Assembly: GCA_965153285.1 (NCBI GenBank)
Contig: OZ229110.1
DNA from: Podarcis tiliguerta
Lineage: Eukaryota
Strand: one strand, 5' to 3'
DNA length: 64,000 nucleotides
Below are positions 1-12,700 of this stretch, in pieces. The stretch's first letter is position 1. Every line of letters begins with the position of its first letter. The notes under the pieces are model-generated. The model had not been told where the DNA came from, searched no databases, and saw only the letters and a program-made list of their open reading frames with translations. The position numbers and the translations under genes are program-made.

Positions 1-482
1 ACTGAAGTTAATGGGCATTACTAACTTAGATTCCTTAATTTCAATGGATCCACTCAGAGTAGGATTTAGTTAAGTACAACCCTAGATCTTTCTCATAAAA
101 GAGTTGTTCAAGAGCTGTTTGAAGAAAATTATTATTTCGAAAAGAAAAACATTGTTTATTAGAGTGCCGTTTGGGATTACTATTTTTTAAAGAAGAGTTT
201 TTTGTAGCACATCAGTAATTGAAAGTTCAGAATGCCAGCAAAGACTTTGCTCTCCAAGTGTAACTCAACTCACAGAGGGAACAGTCCCTGCTGAGTTAGG
301 AGTAGGGAGACTAACTGAATGTCTTCTGAGCTTCCTGCTCTGCTTTTCTTCTGCATTTGAAAGTCTCTGGTGCTTTTTCTCTCAGCTGTCTTCGATTTTC
401 TGCTTTCCACAGGCAGTTGATTTCCCCCGTCCCATTATCCATTTGTTCTTTTTTTCTTTGGTCAACCTGCTTTTCTCTATAG

Positions 483-743
483 TGGAGCAAGCAGAGCAAC
501 TTCCCTCTGTGACTTTGACACCTCTGGAAGGAATGAAAGCAACCTCGCGGGCCACTGAGTCATCTTCTGTTGGTAGAAGTCCTCCAATGAGGTCCCTCTT
601 GCAGACATGCAGTGGCTGGCAGAAACCATTGGCAACCATCAGAGGGAAATGTGTGCTTATTTCATACTCTCGGTTCGAAGTAGACATTGGCTATGCTGAC
701 AGCGCCATAGGGGTGTTCAAGCAGTTGAATTCCAGGAATTATG
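483..743 (+). CDS. SMARCAL1: SMARCAL1 exon: end of HARP1, linker, start of HARP2
   Basis: ctatag|TG...TATG|gtgagt; [15 protein letters not shown]...[19 protein letters not shown]...FKQLNSRNY. Confidence 0.95.
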
Positions 744-3700
744 GTGAGTGATCTAAGCTGATGCCTTCACTTCAGCAGTGTAGCCATGGTCGCTGAAGCT
801 TGCACCTTGTCTTTCCGGGTGGTATTTTTCCTCTTATTACCTTCCCTACATAATTTGTCTCATGTACCGCTTGTAATAAAAGCAGGGAGCTGGCAGACAT
901 TTGTTAGATACAGGATTGAATTAAAGCCATATGAAAATATTAGGCAAGACATGTCAAATAGAATATATTTTATACCTGAATTATTTTTTTAAATATACAT
1001 TTTGTTGAAATCTGGTTGCTTTTTATGCAGTTCTTTTGGCTGTTTTTGATATGTTGCGTTTTGTTCCTCACATTTATTCATAAGTCATTTTTAGTTTAAT
1101 TGCAATGAAAATATAAAAAGCAAAGAACGAGGAGTTCTTAGGTTAATGCGTTCCATTGGTGGCATTTTCAAATAGCATGTTTGTTTGCTGCCTCATCTGT
1201 AATCCTGGTTGTTGATGCCAGTGTTTTAAAGCCCTACCTTTGTGATCAAGTCAGCATCCAGGTTCCTGCTCTATATCTCCTGTGTACAAAACTGAGAGAT
1301 GAGAAATGGGGCTTTTTTGGTCATGGTGCTGTGACTGTCAAATGCCCTGTCTCTCAAGGGAAGTATCTACTTTATTTGGAGAGGACTGTTTTGCGTGATG
1401 GTTTAGCATAACAAGGGTGAGACAGAGCTAGCCCAGATTCCACCCTCCCCCACTTTATCTGGCCCAGCTACAAGGTGATTGGAAGTTTCTGTTTCCGTTT
1501 ATGATTAGCCACACCTTAGTATGTTGCCCGTACCTTAAAATACAGTGGTACCTTGGTACTCGAATGGCTTGGCTCCCGAATAAATCTGCTTCCGAAAGCT
1601 GCAAACCCAGAAGTGAGTGTTTTGGTTTGCGAATGCTATTTGGAAGCCGAACGTCCGACGTGGCTTCCGCGGCTTCTGATTGAGTGCAGGAAGCTCCTGC
1701 AGCCAATTGGAAGCTGTGCCTTGGTTTTCTAACTGTTTCAGGAGTTGAACAGACTTCCGGAATGGATTAAGTTCAAGAACCAAGGTACCACTGTACGCTT
1801 ATTTTTAAATGCATATAGTGGAGATCTTCAAACTGTGATTTATGAAGTTGCCTCGTCTCCATTAAAACATTTTTTAAAAAGTCAGGACAAGAATTGTAAG
1901 TTGTACTAAAATTTATCCAAATGTTCAAAATAGACATATAAAATAGAACAAGGACTGTGTAATAATAACACGAAGTGTGTGTGTGGGGGGGGGGGGGGAA
2001 GCAGCCGAATACATATAGACAAGCATTGTCCAATTGTCAAAATGAAAAATGAATCATTCTGTAAATAACAGGATATCAAATATTACACACAGTGAATATG
2101 GAGGACAGAAAAAAGAATTTTGGCATTGTAACCTATTTAAAATAATCCACCTGCTTAGTTGTCACGAACGATTTGATGCTGGTGAATATATTCTTGATTG
2201 CTAGAATTTCATATAAGGTTGATGTACTTCGTACTTGCTTATTTCCATATTATGACTCTTACAGATATGAAGACTAGAAAATGGAATTTTCTCCTGGAGG
2301 ACTATCTAAGACTAAGTAAGAAACTGCCTCTCAGCAGGTTTTATTCTTTTGGAGGGGGGTTACTCGCTTAAAACTAGGTTCTTAGAAATGGTCACTTAAA
2401 GGTACTTGACATGGTCACGAGTTTCACTTTTGCCTCTTCTGATGCTTTGCAATGGGGATAATGCACTCACATTGAAACTTATAGGATGGCATCATATCGC
2501 AATATTGTCTGTGTGAAAAGCAGACATGTTTATTAGTATTTGCAGCCTAATATTTTGAGTATCTACTACATTTGGAAAGGAGAAGAATCTGTGGTCCTCC
2601 AGATGTTGCTGGCCTCCAACTCCCATCAGCTCTAACCAACAAAGTCAGAAGTCAGGCATAGCAACATCTGGAGGGCCACAGTTTCCCCATCCTTTTTGCA
2701 CACCTTCAGTATTGAAGGCAGTTGCATCTAGTAGAGCAGCTGTTGTTCCTCTGTAGTAGATCTAATGGGTAATTTGGCGCAGATTTATTCAAAGGTAGGA
2801 AAACTTCCATCCTCTTTGCTGGGGTGAATGTGTTTGTGTGTATTTTAAAGCCATCCTATCAGGGTTTTCTCCTGGCCCAGAAAGATAGGAAGCTGTGCAT
2901 CATACTAAAACAAGTCTGGAAACAGAGAATGCAGTCAGATATTTCCTCTACCTTCGGACAAATGTTCAAGTTCTTAATGGATTAGTTGCAAGGAAATAGC
3001 AAGCAGGCCTTTGTAGATGGTCTCCTAGATGCTCTCAGCTCTGGTCTAAAAATCCAAGACCCAGGCTCTACAGTGTGTGAATGAAGCAGCTGGCTCTATG
3101 CAAGCGGAGGCCTGCAAAATAGTGTGCCATCGTGAAGGGAGCATTGTTTGGGCAACCGGGGGTGGGGGAGGTTGCTTGGTGGGGGACTGGATTCAACTCT
3201 GCACTCTACCCCTGCTCACTATCTCCTGAACAGCTTCTCTGCAATTACTTACAGTTATTTATTTTTTCTATATGTCTCTGTGCATGTTGCTACAGCTGCT
3301 GGATTGTGCTGTGGAATGGGGGTGTGAAATACCTATCTGGGCGCTTTTTCTTTTATTAAACCAGCTAGAGGTACAAATACAGAAGCTGGATTCCATGTGC
3401 ATGGCTCTTAGTTTCGTTGGTACCACTGTCACAAAGAGTCTCCAATCCCCTAATATGGACTTTTCTACCATAGCACAATTTCCTTTAAAAAAGGATCTTG
3501 CCCCTTGCATCTTAACAGGTTAACCTGTTTACACACTTGCTCAGCTGTCTTAAGATAAAAGGTCACTTGGGGACAAGGGAGCGGGGGGGGGGGGGAAGGA
3601 ACGTTTTTTGGATGAATCACTCAAACTACTGAGACATCCTGATTTTCCAAGCTTGTCTGCAAAACAGCAGCGATGGCATAATTGCAGCAATTTGCTAGTT

Positions 3701-6700
3701 TATAATTCCAGCAAGTAACTTTCTGAGCGTAATAACAGTGCAAGACTCTGTTTCAGCAGGGAGAGGCTTCTTTCCTTGCTGGAGGAGCACAGATTAAACC
3801 AAAGGGTGCATACTGAATAGCCTATCCTACAAGCACAAATAGAAATTCTTTCACATATTTATATGCTTTCAGAATTAAGGATTTTGCCTGGGTAGCAGGG
3901 GTCTAATCTGCTGCCTCCGTTCTAGAGATAACCGAAATTAACTGTAGTTTGCAGTCAATACCCAAGCTCTTATAACGCGAGTGCAAATCTGAGTCTGCTG
4001 AGTGTTTTGTTTTCACTGTCAGAATTATGTTCCAGTCTGTTGATTTCCATATTTTGGTGATTTTAGTTTTCTTTGAAAGGAAAGGCTGCTTGCAGGATTT
4101 TGTGTCTTTTTATTTGTTGCAGTGTCTAATACATCGTGGCAACATTTTGATTGCTGTGTCAAGAAAAAAATTAGTGTCAGTGCTAGTTTAAGATGAACAG
4201 ACAGTGCTTAATCCAGAGTCATTATATTCAGCATTTTTGAAATGAATCATTTCATCATTTTATTTTTAGAAGAGGAATCATTTTAAGATATATAAACACT
4301 TGGTAATTCTCACTATTGTCCACTCCTGATATGATTCTGCTTTAAAAAAAAATGTCTGAGAAGACGGTGAGAAGCAAAGTATGTAGGGGACTCTTTCTAT
4401 TAGTGGGTTGCTGACTGAGATGCTAGTGAATTATATTTCAGACTATTTCACTTTAGTACTGTGTACAGTTCAAATAATTAGCTATATAGGTGTTTCGTAA
4501 TATTTTTTTCTCTTTCACACTTGCGTGTGCAGTTCCGCACAAGTGAAATGTAATTATGAAATTGGGTACTCTGCATGGAGTTCAACATTATAGTGGGAGC
4601 CATTTTAGAAAATTGAAAGTTTCCAGTCCTTATTCATGTGAAATTAGGTTTGAAACTGTGTGGGCAATGACCTGTTAAATCTCAGCAGTCGGTGGGATGG
4701 ATCAATAAGATTTCCAGTGATCGGTGTGTGCAGATTCAATAGCATAACTTTTCTGCTTGCCAGAAAAATAATAAACTATGCAAACTAAGCAAAGCTGTGC
4801 AAGCATGCTTGATTTGCATAACAAACAAACTTTGTTTTGGTATAAAGGTAAAGGTACCCCTGCCCGTACGGGCCAGTTGTGTCCGACTCTAGGGTTGTGC
4901 GCCCATCTCACTTAAGAGGCTGGGGGCCAGCGCTGTCCGGAGACACTTCCGGGTCACGTGGCCAGCGTGACGAAGCTGCTCTGGCGAGCCTGTACCAGCG
5001 CAGCACACGGAAACGCCGTTTACTTTCCCACTATAAAGCGGTACCTATTTATCTACTTGCAGTTAAGGGTGCTTTCGAACTGCTAGGTGGGCAGGAGCTT
5101 GGACCGAACGACGGGAGCTCACCCCGCCGTGGGGATTCGAACCGCCGACCATGCGATTGGCAAGTCCTAGTCACTGAGTTTTACCCACAGCGCCACCTTA
5201 TTTTGGTATAGAAGTTGCCAAAATAAACCTGAGCATTTTCTGAAAGCACTGCATCACTTTCTTTCTTTTCCTAGCTCTCTGTTTATATTATGTACTTGTA
5301 CATGTGTCTATGCACCTTGCTTAGATTGGCACTTTTCATGAAGTCAATTCTTTATTGGCTGATCGACTGCAATAAAGCATTTGATTGAAGAAGTCATTCT
5401 TGGGAAAAGTAGTCCTTTTCTGTTTCAAAATGAAAGAACCATAAAATACTTAAGTAAACGTGCAAAGGAGGGTGGTCTAGGACTCTGTATAAACAAGGCA
5501 TCTGTTTGTGTGCTTGTTCAGACTTAAGTGAAGGTTGTTTACAAATGCTCCTAGGGACACAAATCCTTCTTGTGTGTGTTCCTTTTAGTTGAACTGTTAA
5601 GGAGCCTTCCAGCAGTGGAAGTGGAGCCATTGCCCAAGCCAGTAATACAAGCCTTTGCTGCTCAGTTTGAGAAGTCTGCCTCGAAGGTGCCTGACATTCC
5701 AGAAGCAGACCTTTCAGGACTGGATCCTAAACTGGTGGCCAGCCTCATGCCATTTCAGAGAGAAGGTGTGAAGTAAGTCAAGCCCTGGGTCTTCTGAAAA
5801 ACACACGCCATTCATTTAAAATGTTGGCACTTGCATTTAGTTTGAGAGCTGTTATCCATCGCTCCCCCACCTTCCTTTGCTTTCTTGCTTTGCCAACACA
5901 ATCTGGAAGCGGTAACTTGTATCTCATGCTGTTGGACCCACATTGGCCCAACGGGGAGGCAGGGACTTCCAGGGTCCATAAAACGGCACATGAAAAAAAC
6001 AAAGCCGTGAATGGCTGGTTTCCCCCTTGCTAATTCACCCCTGCTTTTATTACTTGAAGAGGATCCTTTGAGATATCGAAAGCTGACACTCTCAGGGGAC
6101 AGACTCCTGTACCAGGAATGTGGGGAAGGTACATAACCTTGATTGCTAACGATTCTTGCTAGCTACTCCTTCCCCCGTGTAGGGAGAATAGAGTCTGCTG
6201 CCGTTTCCACTCCTTGAGAAACAGGCTTACTAGAAACTGCAGTTGGGATCTTTTTCAAGGTACAAAGTAGTGGACTCGTTTGAGGCAAAGGTTTCTGCTA
6301 ATCAGCTTGACATATATTTACAGACTACAGTTCTCATCATCCCCGACTGCTGGTCCTGCTAGCTAGGGATGGTGGAAGTTGTAGTCCAGCAACGGCTGGG
6401 GACCCAAGTTTGAGAAACACTGATTGAGATGGAAGCTGTATTTCTGCTTGAATCAGAAGAATCCGGGATAAGAAAGTTGGGGGGGGGGTGTTTCTGGTAT
6501 TTAACTTGCAACTGGATTATAGAACAGGGAGCAGGGAGCTGTGGATACAATTGCTGGGATACAATTCCCATTATCCTTGAACATTGGTGATGCTGGATGG
6601 GGATGGTGTGAGTTGGAGTCCGCAACATCTGGAGAACCACAAGTACCTCAACCTTGCCTTAGAAGAACTGAATTCACTGTGGAAATGGAAACAATAACCC

Positions 6701-9700
6701 ATTGGTCTCTTTTCCTCCCCTCTCTTTCAGTTTTGCAATTGCCAAAGAAGGTCGTTTGCTCCTTGCAGATGACATGGGCTTAGGGAAAACAATCCAGGCA
6801 ATCTGCATTGCTGAATACTATCGAAAAGAGTGGCCTCTGCTGGTGGTCACTCCTTCTTCAGTGAGATATACATGGGCGGAGGTAATGCCTGCATTTTCTC
6901 AACTCCTTTTTAGTCTTCTGTCTTGCTTGTCTTTCACGTTCTGAGAGAGGCACCGCAGAAGAAGAGTTTGGATTTGGATTTGATATCCCACTTTATCACT
7001 ACCTGAAGGAGTCTCAAAGCGGCTAACAATCTCTTTTCCCTTCCTACCCCACAACGAACACTCTGTGAGGTGAGTGGGGCTGAGAGACTTCAGAGAAGTG
7101 TGACTAGCCCTAGGTCACCCAGCAGCTGCATGTGGAGGAGCGGGGAAGCGAACCCGGAGAGCCAGTGTAGTGCAGTGGTTAAGAGCGATAGACTCGTAAT
7201 CTGGGGAACCGGGTTCGCGTCTCCGCTCCTCCACATGCAGCTGCTGGGTGACCTTGGGCCAGTCACACTTCTTTGAAGTCTCTCAGCCCCACTCACCTCA
7301 CAGAGTGTTTGTTGTGGGGGAGGAAGGGAAAGGAGAATGTTAGCTGCTTTGAGACTCCCTAGGGTAGTGATAAAGTGGGATATCAAATCCAAACTCTTCT
7401 TCTCCAGATTACGAAGCTACCGCTCTTAACCGCTACACCACACTGGCTCTCAAGTTGTTGGTGCCAATGAAAAATGAGACAATGGGGGCAGAAAGGAATG
7501 GTGCTTCATGTTAGCCCTCAGTTTTGAGGAGCTACAGCAGTCCTGTCACTTGGCATCCCTCCTTCACTGTTGTTTGCGATTCTCATTCATAATTCCAAAA
7601 GGAGTCTTCAGAATGGAGATCATGGAGCTGAGAGCCTAGTTTAGGGGTGAAAATGGGCATATGGAAATACATGGAGATTCTTTAGTCTCTTTGGCTATTG
7701 CATAAAACTCTTTCCCTGCCAAATGCAGGGAGAAAACTTATTCCCGTCTTCATTTATGAAAAGAGCAGCACAGGGACTCTGTTCAAATAGTTGCCCTGGC
7801 CTACTTTGTCATGAAGTGGGTAGTAAAAGCCAGTGTGTGTTTTAATTTAAGAATAAATTGTGTTTGCATATTCAGTATATTTTTAAGCAGACTGATTTTG
7901 ACCATTGCTTTGGATGTTTTGAGACTTTTTTTTTGGGGGGGGGGAGTTTCAGATAGCTGGGCTTCTAAGTGCTTAAATAGCTAAATATAATGATTTATAA
8001 ACATTAGGAAGAACTTCCTGACAGTAAGAGCTGTTCGACAGTGGAATTTGCTGCCAAGGAGTGTGGTGGAGTCTCCTTCTTTGGAGGTCTTTAAGCAGAG
8101 GCTTGACAACCATATGTCAGGAGTGCTCTGATGGTGTTTCCTGCTTGGCAGGGGGTTGGACTCGATGACCCTTGTGGTCTCTTCCAACTCTATGATTCTA
8201 TGATTCTATGATTCTATGATTCTATAATCCTGGCAGGAGATAAGGATTGAGAAAGCTGGCAGCTTTGTGAGATGCCTCTGGTCTGAGAATCAGGCTAATA
8301 CTAATGTTCATTTATGATCTCATCATAGCTGTATTTATCTTAGTAGTGAAATGAATAGAACAGAACAGGGCTGTTTGAGTGGAAAGACAGCTGTGCACCA
8401 TAATCGGCGGAAGCCATAAAGCGCAACCGCTGTTTGTGGGTGAGCACCATAGCCAAGCCAACCGGACTGCAACTTCTTCAGGGACCTTGACAGGCTGGGC
8501 TCCATCATGCTTTGTGCTTAAAATTCACCTGCCTCTGAATGCGTCCACCCACAACTTCGCTCCCTGTTCTGTCATTATGAGATAGGTGTCTCATGGGGGG
8601 GGGCAACATTCCTAGCATGACACCCATCCAGATGTCAACCTAGCTCTCTGTGAAGTGCTCATCCTTGTGGGTGTACCACCTCAGACTGTGGAGATGGATC
8701 ACCTAACAGACTGCTTTGAAAGGAAAGGGAGAAAGAATGCTTCCTCTGAAACAAGGCTAAGTTGGGAATGCTCTAGTTTTCTGTATCCTGGGGTTTAATT
8801 TTTACGGATGAACTCATACTTGCAGTTCAATGTCCCTTCATCCCAGGCACAGACTGACCACTTCATTGAAAATTTGGTTTCTGCAAGGAACATAATAGGG
8901 CAAGTGGATACCTTTTTATTTAGATACTTTCTTTTGGGGGTAGGGTGGGATCTGGAATTGAGTCCCCAGTTGGGAAAGGCCTTAGCTCAGTGGCAGAGCA
9001 TCTTCTTTGATGCAGAACGTACCAGGTTCAATCCCTGGCATCTCCAGGTAGGACTGGGAGAGAACCACTCTTGGAACTATGGTGAGCTCCTGCCAACCAG
9101 TGGGCGTAATAGGGAGCTAGATGGATCAATGATCTGACTTGGTATAAGCAAAAGAAAACAGATTGCTGTAAGTCAAACACATGTTTCTTGGCACAAATGG
9201 CAACAGAATACCTTTCAGGTATATTTCAGGTGCAACCAGTTAACTTTGTGTGCTAGTATAACTGAGATACAGTAGGATTTGGCATTAAGATCAGGGCACC
9301 AGGAAAGATTTTTTTTTCCAGTGAGGCTTGTATGATCACAAGATTGGTAAGCAATAATTATTCATGTGCTTTATTATCTCAAGCTATTGTATCACGGCTG
9401 TAGTAGCTTTTGGAGTATTTTTGATATAACTTTTATTGTATGAATGGAATTGACAACTTTAGCATAGCCTTATGGTTTTAACATGCCTATAGATGGTATA
9501 TTGAACAGCTACTAATTATTGCTTCGTGTGTTTGGCCTTAACTGGAATATGCATAGACACTGATGAAGAATGTATTTGGTAACGGGTCTCTGTCTGTTTT
9601 TGCTCATTAACATTTGATGCTGAATGCACGACTTTTCACATAAATTGAATTTTAAAATCGGCCTTTTCGTGCACGTTTTGGTTTTCTTTTGCACACCTTG

Positions 9701-12700
9701 TTTTTGTGTGCATTCTGACTTGGTATGAGGCAACTCCTTGTGTCTGTATCAGGCGTATTACGTGAGATACAACGCAGGCTGACTAAGCCTTTGTGGAACT
9801 CATGTGAAAAACAGCTGGTGCAGATGCAATGCTATCCTCAGTTTCCACAGAATGATGTGTGCTGAGGGGATGAATACAGTTAAGGATTGTATAGCACTTA
9901 GCAAACTTTTCAAAAAGTGCCGTATGAGCAGTGTCAACTGTTTTTGAAAGGTGGCTGTAAGCTTTAGGCCATTTAGATATAAAAAGAATTTTTTCAGCTC
10001 ACGTCTTTTTCTGCCTTCGTTCTTTTCGCTGCTTGAGGCTTTCCACAGGTGGCTTCCTTCCTTGAGCCCAGATGCCATCAGTGTCATAGCAACGGGCAAG
10101 GACTGCCTGTCGGCAAGATTGATAAACGTTGTCAGTTTTGACCTTCTCAGCAAGATGGAGAAGCAACTCAAAACCACCTTCCGAGTTGTGATTGTTGTAA
10201 GTAGGGCATCCTGGTGGGGGAGGCAGGTGGCACAGTTTCCCTGGGCCATTCAAAGGCAGAGATGGGGGACGTGTTCACTGCAGGCGTGAGGGCATATTAG
10301 ACGGTCTCAAGACATGGAAGGTTCTTAAGCTGTAAATAAAGCTTGTCTGAATTGAAAGTTGGTTCATATTATGCTGCCATTTGCACAGTATGAAATTAGA
10401 AGTGGCTGCTTTTCTAATGCTTACTAATAGCGACTGTGTCCTCTTAATTGCCATTTCATTTTACACTGTTCGGCAATTATAGCATACATTTGCTTCCAAA
10501 ATGTATTGTTCAGGACACCACTTAGTTGCAAGAGATTCTCCATGTATTTCTGGAAATGTGGATGTTCTTGTCTGCTCTGAAGGGTGACCAAGAGCTCTCC
10601 TGTTACCTTTCTGGTTCCCTGTATTTAAAGTAATGAGCAGCTTTCAGGGCCAAGGAATGGGACCTAGAAACCCTACTTTCCAATCTCATGATTTATGTAT
10701 CCATCTCATGGTCCAGAAGGACCAACTCATGCCAAGTTCTGATTTGTTTTTTGTTTTGAGGTTTTAGGACAAGCTGTAATCACGATTTTCTCATGCCTTT
10801 CTGGGCAACAATGAGTTCTAAGGGACTTGACTATTTTTAATGAAATACTTTCTCCTGATTGCAGTAAGACCTTACTGAAGACTCCAGTGATACATACTGT
10901 TTACCACAGCCTGGGGAAATTTGACCTTTTAGTTTCTAGAATTTGTACATGCAATTGGCTGGGGCAACCCAGTCAGATGGATGATAATAATACTAAGACT
11001 AAGACTAATACTAATAATAAAAATAATAAATAAATAAAGGCAGTGGCCTGGTAGTACTATGAATCAGCATTATGGGAACAAACTGTGGAGATCCTTGGCC
11101 TTATGTGTTCCTCCCCCCACCTCACTTGATGGACACAGGGAGAAGATTGAAAACTTCTCTCTTTTGGTTTCTGAGTAAACTAGAGATTCAATGTATGACC
11201 AAACTCGGAATCTGACTTATTCCAAGCATGGTCAGTTTAAACAAACCATGGTCAAACTGTGGTTTTGAATCCTGATTTGCTAGCTAACACAGTTAGAATA
11301 AACCAAAGCCAAGCCATCATTTCCCAGAAAAGACATTTTCCTAAGAGAATTTCTGAGAACATTCTTGTTGGCCACTATTCCCTCTGCTTCCCCAGATGCC
11401 CCAGAATGATGCTAGGTTTGTGGCATTATGGGGGAATGTAAAATGGTGGCCAGGCTGCTGTTTCTACTTGAAAGCTTAACAGAGAAACTATTTCAAACAA
11501 GGAAGGAGAATTAGCCACTGCTAATGCTGAGCTTCACCCCTGCTGAGCTGTTGAAGAATTTCTCCTTCCGCTGGAGATGTTTGGTGAAGTGGTCCACCCA
11601 ATTTCTCTACACACAAATAGCATGGAGAATTTCAGGGAGGCATTTTTGTGCACAGCTCTAAAACAAACCACAGTTTCCTCAGTTCAGTCATACAACAGGA
11701 AACTGGTTTTTGCAAAATGAAAAGTGGAAGCTTTCAATCTTCCCTCATTCTTATGCACAAAGAAACAGGGAGAGTATGAGCCTGAGACTCGCCACAGCTT
11801 GTTCTCATAATACTAAACCGCAGTTTAGTTATATTTCTTCAAGGCTGCTCTGGAATCTCAGTTCTTATTATTGTTTCTTAATGAGTCTTGTTGAAGTCAT
11901 CATAACCCACAGTTCTAACACTTCAACCCTCTGTACTTACTTGGACATTTCCTTCTCATCTCATCAGAAATTCCCCTTCAAGTAAATGTGTTCTGGGCCA
12001 CAGCCAAAGAATTTTCTGCACAGTTGAGTGCATCTGATGCTGAGAGGTCAGCAGATACCCAGATCACCTGCATCAATTAAGCTCCTGGAGCCAAGCAGCT
12101 TCTTAGATCTCATCCTTGCAGTTAAAAATATATATATCGATCTGCTAGCGTTTACTCTTCAGGAATAGTGCCCCTCAGGAATCCCTTGTACAAGTGTGCA
12201 ATCTCTTGTCAAAGTGCCAGAGGTGAAAATGCCATAATCCCAACACTTCCATTTTTTTGGTTGTCTACAAGGTCTTTAAGGTCTGTGAGGTCTTTAAAAA
12301 GTCTGCTGGGCTTATTCATATAGAGCAGGGGTGGGGAATCTCTGGCCAGTCTTGTCCTGCAACACTTTGCTCCCCAAACCACACGCACCCACCCATCAGC
12401 TGATGTCACTGGTGACTTGCGTGGCTTGTGCAGTTTCTCAGTTTGTGTGTGGGACTTAAGAATGATCTTTTCCCTTTCCCTGCCACTATGGGCAGCCCTG
12501 CGGCTATTGCAGCACTCAGTATCTTCACTGGTCATTCTGATGTTGCAATATTGTACTTAGATGCAATGCTAAACGATTCTCTGCTCCACTCCCTTCCTCT
12601 TGCACAACTGCGAGGAGGAAATCTGAAGCACCCGTTTCCATTTTCAACTAATTTCAGTTTGTCATTTTGTCTGAAGCAGGCTAGGCTCTTAATATAATAA

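Noticed and set aside
8972-9050. tRNA-like sequences with A and B boxes (also at 7157, 26581, 55680)
   Set aside because: They continue into SINE bodies and tails and lack an intact cloverleaf; SINE heads, not tRNA genes.
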